Shown here one piece after another: positions 58,438-64,000 of a stretch of DNA of 64,000 bases. The stretch is from assembly GCA_023665725.1 (NCBI GenBank), contig JAMPDH010000003.1, forward strand, positions 5,484-69,483, given 5' to 3'. Origin of the DNA: Clostridium sp. (GTDB lineage Bacteria; Bacillota_I; Bacilli_A; RF39; UBA660). The number at the start of each line of letters is the position of its first letter. The first letter of the stretch is position 1. The notes under the pieces were generated by a model. It was not told the origin of the DNA, ran no database searches, and saw nothing but the letters and a program-made list of their open reading frames with translations. Made by a program: the position numbers and the translations under genes.

Positions 58438-60393
58438 TTAATTATTTATATTATTAAATAAATATGTATAGTATTTTTTAGATCTAATCAAATTAGACAA
58501 ATTAAAATATGAATTAACTAATTGACTTGTATTATTTATATAATTTTCATCTATTACTTTATCACTAGATGTAGTCTGAGTAAACTCATTTTTTATACTA
58601 TCATAATATCCATATTTATTAATCCAACTCTGATCAGAAAGCATAACTAATCCATCACCTTTAGATAGTGCATCTTGACCTATAAGTAATCTAGAATCAT
58701 ACTCTATTCCAAATAAATTTAAAATAGTCGGCAAAATATCTATATTAGATATATATTTATCAACTTCAATATTTTCAAGACCAGGTGTATAAATAATTAA
58801 GTTTTCATGATGCATCAAAAATTTATCAGTTCTATCCTCTGTATCTATTTCATTTAATTCGTTATTTTTAAAGTAATATGGATAGTGATCTGGCGTTACA
58901 ACTATTACTGTGTCTTCTAATTTTCCAGCTTCCTCTAGTTGTTTTATTAAATATTCTAAAGCTTTATCCAAATCCATATTAGCAGCTATATATGTTTTTA
59001 AAGTATTAGAATAACTTGTTCCTTTTACAGAACTCCAATACTTTTGCGCGATTGGATTATCATAATAATTATAATTTCCATGGCCACTAACAGTTATATA
59101 ATAAGCATAAAAATTGTCTTCATTTATATAATCTTTAACTGTATTTTTAACCATTTCTAAATCGCTACCTCTAAAGTTATCACAACTTTTAACAACTCCA
59201 GTACCGCAAAATCCATATTTATCATAACCATCATTTTTGAAATATTTATTTCTTTGATAAAAATAACTATAATAATCATGATATGCAAAAGTTTTGTATC
59301 CTAATGTCTTTAAGCTATTGTTTAATCTATAAGGGTTATTATTACCAATGGATGATATAAGTTCATCACTTTTAGCAACATTAGTAGAAAGTAAACTCCA
59401 TTCAGTCATATATTCCCCACTTCCCGTACTTCCTGGGAATAAAGGAGTATAATAATTATTAAAGTGAATACCTTCTTCTTTCATTTTATATAATGTTGGT
59501 GTAAACTCTTCAGTTATTATAGATTTATCCAAAGATTCAGCTAAAACTACTATTAAATTTTTGCCTTCAAATAAACCAGTATATTCATTTTTTTGAGTAG
59601 CGCTTTTATTTTTAAAGAAATTATTAAGAGTTATTAAATCTTTATCAGTTGTTTCACTATTTAACTTATCAAAATCTATATCAATTATATTATAATCATA
59701 TTCTGGATCAGGTTCAGGAGTTGGTTCTGCTAATGTCATTAAAAGTGTTTCCTCAGGATATCCAAAAGTTGTTCTATATAATTCTAATCCAAAATATGTC
59801 GTAAGACCTAATTTATTAGTAGAAAGTATTGGTTGATTTACTTTATAATATAAGTTATAGTTAGAATAAATATTATCTTTATTAATTTGCATATATAATA
59901 AACTTATTATATAAAATACAATTGTAAAAATTAAAGATAACAATGTATTTTTCTTTTTATTAAATTCAAAATTTATTTTCTTATTAATTATTATTAATAC
60001 AATAAGCGGAATAAAAGTAAGTAAACAGTATAACCAATTATATAAAATTGAGCTTACTACCTTTTCAAATGCAGTTATGACTTGATTCATATATCCAAAT
60101 GAGCTCGTACCATATATAGCATCAAATAAATCAAAATATATAAATTGAGATAAAAATAGTATTGTTAAAAGTATTGTAAACAAAAATGTTACAATCTTAT
60201 TTATAGTTTTATTTCCAATTGTTGAAAGTAAATATATTAATAACGCAATTGGTAAAGTAAAAATAAATAAATTTAATACTTTAAAATCATTAAATGCAAA
60301 AACATGAAATATTATTTCAAAATATAAAGTTGAAATAATTACAAATAATAGTGCTCCATAATGTTTTAAAAAATCAAAAAACTTAATCTTCAT
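58438..60393 (-). CDS. ltaS: LTA synthase family protein (5 TM plus an extracellular sulfatase-like domain).
   Basis: A five-TM N-terminus then an alkaline-phosphatase-superfamily domain (VVLAESL, YHDYYS, TPDHYPY). Confidence 0.75.
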   Translation of the reverse strand: MKIKFFDFLKHYGALLFVIISTLYFEIIFHVFAFNDFKVLNLFIFTLPIALLIYLLSTIGNKTINKIVTFLFTILLTILFLSQFIYFDLFDAIYGTSSFGYMNQVITAFEKVVSSILYNWLYCLLTFIPLIVLIIINKKINFEFNKKKNTLLSLIFTIVFYIISLLYMQINKDNIYSNYNLYYKVNQPILSTNKLGLTTYFGLELYRTTFGYPEETLLMTLAEPTPEPDPEYDYNIIDIDFDKLNSETTDKDLITLNNFFKNKSATQKNEYTGLFEGKNLIVVLAESLDKSIITEEFTPTLYKMKEEGIHFNNYYTPLFPGSTGSGEYMTEWSLLSTNVAKSDELISSIGNNNPYRLNNSLKTLGYKTFAYHDYYSYFYQRNKYFKNDGYDKYGFCGTGVVKSCDNFRGSDLEMVKNTVKDYINEDNFYAYYITVSGHGNYNYYDNPIAQKYWSSVKGTSYSNTLKTYIAANMDLDKALEYLIKQLEEAGKLEDTVIVVTPDHYPYYFKNNELNEIDTEDRTDKFLMHHENLIIYTPGLENIEVDKYISNIDILPTILNLFGIEYDSRLLIGQDALSKGDGLVMLSDQSWINKYGYYDSIKNEFTQTTSSDKVIDENYINNTSQLVNSYFNLSNLIRSKKYYTYLFNNINN

Positions 60394-60465
60394 ACTTCCA
60401 TACCTTCTATCCTTAATAATACATGTTATATTTTATCAAAAAATTATGTTTTTGTAAACTCAAAT

Positions 60466-60981
60466 TTATTTTTTAACTTCATGGGATGGAACTCCAACTA
60501 CAGTAGTATTTGGTAAAACATCTTTAAGTACTACAGCATTAGCTCCTATCTTAGCATTATCTCCTATAAAAATATTACCAAGTATTTTAGCGCCACTTCC
60601 TATTATTACATTATTTCCAATGTTTGGATGTCTTTTCCCTTTATCCTTGCCAGTTCCTCCTAAAGTAACTCCATGATATATTATAACGTTATCTCCTATT
60701 ACAGAAGTTTCTCCAATTACAACACCAAAACCATGATCTATAAATAATCCTTTACCTATTATAGCTCCGGGATGTATTTCAATACCAGTTTTTCTTTTTG
60801 CTTTTTCACAAATTTTACGCGCTAAAAAATAATGTTTTTTGTTATAAAAATAACTTGATATTTTATAATATAATTGTGCTTTAAAACTTGGATACAAAAT
60901 TATTTCTATGCTACTTTTTAATGAAGGGTCATTTATTTTTATAGTTTCAATTTGTTCTTTAATAAATTTTATTATTTTCAT
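60466..60981 (-). CDS. cysE: Serine O-acetyltransferase (left-handed beta-helix hexapeptide repeats).
   Basis: N-terminal SAT helical region then [43 protein letters not shown]. Confidence 0.8.
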   Translation of the reverse strand: MKIIKFIKEQIETIKINDPSLKSSIEIILYPSFKAQLYYKISSYFYNKKHYFLARKICEKAKRKTGIEIHPGAIIGKGLFIDHGFGVVIGETSVIGDNVIIYHGVTLGGTGKDKGKRHPNIGNNVIIGSGAKILGNIFIGDNAKIGANAVVLKDVLPNTTVVGVPSHEVKK

Positions 60982-61267
60982 ATTAATAACCTCTAATTTA
61001 TTTTATTCTGTAATTTTTCTAATGTAGAGGTTATTAATTTAATATAAATTAAAATATTCCTTGTATTAATTTTATATATTCTAAAATTATATTACCTGTT
61101 CTTATCTTCCTATTAGTATTCTTACTATTTACAGCATTAATATAAAAGAAATCCACCTAACTCAGCAATGATTTAGGTGGAAACCACTTGTGTCTACACT
61201 CAACATGAGACTATTGAATATTCCTTTTTTTATTTTATGCAAGTTCTCTTGCTAAATCATATTAACA

Positions 61268-61296
61268 TAAAAACGACCTTTTGACAAGTCGTTTTG
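61268..61296. terminator. Intrinsic terminator downstream of the tRNA (bidirectional stem aaaacgac / gtcgtttt).
   Basis: An 8-bp stem with T-runs on both strands. An adjacent small hairpin cucgaa / uucgag is also present. Confidence 0.55.
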
Positions 61297-61325
61297 CCTC
61301 GAAAAGTTCGAGTTTTCTATCAATA

Positions 61326-61402
61326 TGGTAGTCTGTACGAGATTCGAACTCGTGAATGTCACCTTGAGAGGGTGATGTGTTAAGCCTCTTCACCAACAGA
61401 CC
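61326..61402 (-). tRNA. tRNA-Glu with anticodon CUC (77 nt including an encoded CCA).
   Basis: The cloverleaf was derived by hand. Acceptor GGUCUGU / ACAGACU has a G1.U72 wobble. D-arm GUGAAGAGGCUUAACAC. Anticodon stem UCACC / GGUGA with loop CUCUCAA (anticodon at plus 61366..61368). T-arm ACGAG-UUCGAAU-CUCGU. Discriminator A, then CCA. Confidence 0.75.
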
Positions 61403-61504
61403 ATAATAAGTAATTATCTTATGACTAGTTAATCATAACATAAAACTTAATTTTATACAATATTAATTATAGTATTTTATTAACAATTACTTATTTATAA
61501 TAAA

Positions 61505-63109
61505 TTATATTATTTTTTTATATTGTTTTGGATCTATTACTGTTTCATCAGTTACTTCATAAGTTATATTTTTCTCATTACTGATAAGTGCATCCCATTT
61601 TAGTTCAGATAAAGAATCTTCTATTATTGTTTTTAAAGATCTTGCTCCTAAATTTAATTCATTTGCTCGTTTTGCTACTTCTTTTAAGTAAGATTCATCA
61701 TAAGAAAGATTTATATTATTAAGTTCAAGAAGCTTTTTCTCAATTGAAATGGGACTACTACTAGGAGTTTTTAAAATATCTACAAGTTCATTAAAACCTA
61801 ATGGATTTAGTTTTATAATTTGATGAAGTCTTCCCATAAATTCGTTTGGAATTAAACCTACATTTATATAATCATTAGTAGTTACTTCTTTTATAACTTT
61901 ATCATTAGTATTTCCAAATCCTAATTGTTGTTTATTAATACTTTGACTTACATTGCTAAATGCTCCTCCAGCAAATAAATTTAAATATTTTGTATTAAAT
62001 ATATATGGAACTCTATTTACTGAAATTTGATAATCTGCTCCATCAAAAAATTGTAATAATGAATTTAAAACTCCTCTTCCTGAAACATCTCCATTACTTT
62101 TACTACCCTTTTTATCTATCTCATCAAAAAATATTATACCAGTTCTTTCTGCATATTTAATTTTATTTTCAATAGATGCACTTAATGATACTTTAGATAC
62201 TAAAGAACTTAAAATATCTTCTAAATTATCTCCAACATAACCCGCTACAGTTAATTGTGATGTAGCAACTTTAACCATTGGTATTTTAATTTTTGTTTCT
62301 TTTTCTAAATATTCCATTATAGTTTCTAATATTAATGTTTTACCTACTCCAGTAGGTCCTGTTATTAAACATCTAGTGGGTTTAAAATCACTTATTTTAT
62401 TTGATGAAACAGCTAAATAATTATATATAAAAATCATAATTATTTTTTTAACAGCTTCATCCTGATTTATAACCTTACTAGTTACATACTTATATAAATC
62501 ATTTACATCAAATGGTATATTAGTATCTAAACTCTTTTTTATCTCAGGAATAGTGTCTTCAATTTCTGCATTTTCATCATTATAACGTTCATAAAAATTA
62601 TTTATATACTTTTTAAGTTCATCTATATCATTAGTATTTAATAATTTATGAATAGTTTCTTCCTCAAAGTAAAAACGATTTTTTTCCGAATAAGTGTCTT
62701 CTTCATTATTATTTTCTAAATTTTTAACTTTTGTATTTAATTCCTTATAATTTGTAATATCATCAATTGGTATTGTAATTAACATAAATTCTTCCACATC
62801 ATTTATAATACCAATATATATATTTTCGCTTAATCTATCTGAATATTCTTCAATTACCTTACATTCATCATCACATTTAAATTGTTCTTTTAATTTGCAT
62901 ATTGATGTTGGAAAAGCAAAAAACTCATTTGTATTATCAATTGTCATATCTGATGTCAAAACATCAGAATATGTATTATTATACTTATCAACAAATATTG
63001 AATACTTTTCATCATAGTTCCCTTCTAAAACATGAATTTTTTTAAAAACAAATGTATTATTATCAATTATTATCCTTTCCATTAATATAGCAACATATTT
63101 ACTTTCCAT
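61505..63109 (-). CDS. ClpX-like AAA+ unfoldase paralog. It has a novel 230-aa N-terminal domain in place of the C4 zinc-binding domain.
   Basis: AGGGGGA RBS. Walker A ITGPTGVGKT. ClpX/HslU blocks VAGYVGDNLEDIL, IIFFDEIDKKGSKSNGDVSGRGVLNSLLQFFDG, LNLFAGGAF and GLIPNEFMGRL. The sensor-2 region is LGARSLKTIIED. Confidence 0.7.
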   Translation of the reverse strand: MESKYVAILMERIIIDNNTFVFKKIHVLEGNYDEKYSIFVDKYNNTYSDVLTSDMTIDNTNEFFAFPTSICKLKEQFKCDDECKVIEEYSDRLSENIYIGIINDVEEFMLITIPIDDITNYKELNTKVKNLENNNEEDTYSEKNRFYFEEETIHKLLNTNDIDELKKYINNFYERYNDENAEIEDTIPEIKKSLDTNIPFDVNDLYKYVTSKVINQDEAVKKIIMIFIYNYLAVSSNKISDFKPTRCLITGPTGVGKTLILETIMEYLEKETKIKIPMVKVATSQLTVAGYVGDNLEDILSSLVSKVSLSASIENKIKYAERTGIIFFDEIDKKGSKSNGDVSGRGVLNSLLQFFDGADYQISVNRVPYIFNTKYLNLFAGGAFSNVSQSINKQQLGFGNTNDKVIKEVTTNDYINVGLIPNEFMGRLHQIIKLNPLGFNELVDILKTPSSSPISIEKKLLELNNINLSYDESYLKEVAKRANELNLGARSLKTIIEDSLSELKWDALISNEKNITYEVTDETVIDPKQYKKII

Positions 63110-63208
63110 ACAAAATCCCCCTATGTAATTACTAAACTAAGTATTTAGTATATAAATTTTTTTTAAATTAGTCAATACCTTTTATTTTAATTATTTACAT
63201 AGAAAAAA

Positions 63209-64000
63209 TTATTTTATTTTTATATTATATTCAGTACTTTGTTTTTCCATCAAATCATTTAATTGTTCATTAGATATGTATATTACTTTACCACCTTTTG
63301 GTTCTATTTTATTATTACCAAAGACTATCCATATTATATTCATATATATATCTGACATTGATGCATACCCATCTGTAAAAATTATTTTATTTTCAGCAGT
63401 TTTACTAAAAGCATTAATAGCTGCATTAAAATCAGTCCCACCCCTACCTATAAATTGCATATTATCTATGTCATTTTCTGTTCTAATTTCGGTAAAGCCA
63501 TAAAATTCAGTATCAAAACACCCTGCTTTAATTTTAGAAAACTGTAAAATATTTTTACATTCTCTTAGGGAGTTTCTTAAAAGGGTTTCAGAAACAGAAC
63601 CACTGGTATCAAAAAGTATTTCCGTTTCAGACCATGGCATTTCCTCAAGATGTGGTGTGACTACACCGTCTTCTATAGAAGCATTTTTATAAGACCAATC
63701 CATATCATATTTAGCAAGGTCTATTAATAATCTTCTCCAGTCAACTAAAGACTGTGCAGAACCTATATTATTTATATTAATTATATTTGCATTAGATCCT
63801 GTACCTGCCTCTATAATTTCTTTAGAAATTTCATTTCTTAGTTCCTCTAGACGTTTTTTTCTATCTATTTTATTTTGATTAAAAAAATTTTTTTCTCCTA
63901 ACTCAGTTAACTTTGTAATTTGTTGCTGTTTTTCTATATCCTTATTGGCTTTTTCACTATCTATATTTGATTTTTCCTTGTTTTTATCCTGTCTATTAAA
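63209..64000 (-). CDS. VWA-domain protein (DUF2201/VWA-like C-terminal domain). The 5' end is truncated by the window edge.
   Basis: The frame is open from 64000 down to the stop at 63209. A coiled-coil-like Lys/Glu-rich segment precedes a VWA-like fold with a MIDAS-like motif (DTSGSV, GGTDF, IIFTDGYAS). Confidence 0.5.
   Translation of the reverse strand, partial: FNRQDKNKEKSNIDSEKANKDIEKQQQITKLTELGEKNFFNQNKIDRKKRLEELRNEISKEIIEAGTGSNANIININNIGSAQSLVDWRRLLIDLAKYDMDWSYKNASIEDGVVTPHLEEMPWSETEILFDTSGSVSETLLRNSLRECKNILQFSKIKAGCFDTEFYGFTEIRTENDIDNMQFIGRGGTDFNAAINAFSKTAENKIIFTDGYASMSDIYMNIIWIVFGNNKIEPKGGKVIYISNEQLNDLMEKQSTEYNIKIK

Noticed and set aside
60982-61260. T-box riboswitch upstream of cysE.
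   Set aside because: There is only about 90 nt of leader before the terminator hairpin. No AGGGUGGNACCGCG T-box sequence and no specifier-loop architecture are discernible.
1-64000. CRISPR arrays, IS elements/transposases, rRNA genes.
   Set aside because: No regularly spaced direct repeats, no transposase-like or integrase-like ORFs apart from the chromosomal xerD, and no rRNA-like conserved stretches were seen.

Overview
This is a roughly 25% GC Firmicutes chromosome segment. Sporulation genes (spoIVB, spoIIM, ylbJ-like), TTG and GTG start codons and Bacillus-like gene order point to a Clostridia- or Erysipelotrichia-like organism. It is mostly densely packed housekeeping genes with several accessory islands between them. 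The housekeeping set is dnaG-sigA-trmK, smc (short, about 980 aa), holA, pyk, rarA, xerD, mnmA, mtgA, mscL, spoIVB, xseB-xseA-nusB, mutS, cysE, ltaS and tcdA.

Noteworthy content:
- A type IV pilus-like locus (pilC with an N-terminal extension, pilD, pilB-type ATPase, two large pilins carrying adhesin-like C-terminal domains) with lexA embedded in it. A Cheo-type SOS box sits in the divergent promoter that lexA shares with a 46-aa membrane peptide.
- A roughly 620-nt GC-enriched region with no ORFs, a consensus sigma-A promoter and an intrinsic terminator, directly upstream of a 4-TM DxxxD membrane protein. I read this as a candidate OLE RNA / OapA ribonucleoprotein locus.
- An ABC export operon with two tandem-duplicated permeases and a secreted Cys-containing protein.
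- A ClpX-like AAA+ unfoldase with a novel N-terminal domain, paired with a VWA-domain protein (partial at the window edge), next to an unusual tRNA-Glu(CUC).
- Two extra sigma-70 paralogs.
- A 21-aa tandem-repeat protein downstream of a two-component system.
- An internally duplicated HExxH protein.

No CRISPR arrays, IS elements or rRNA genes were seen. All family assignments are from reading motifs by eye, with no searches run.
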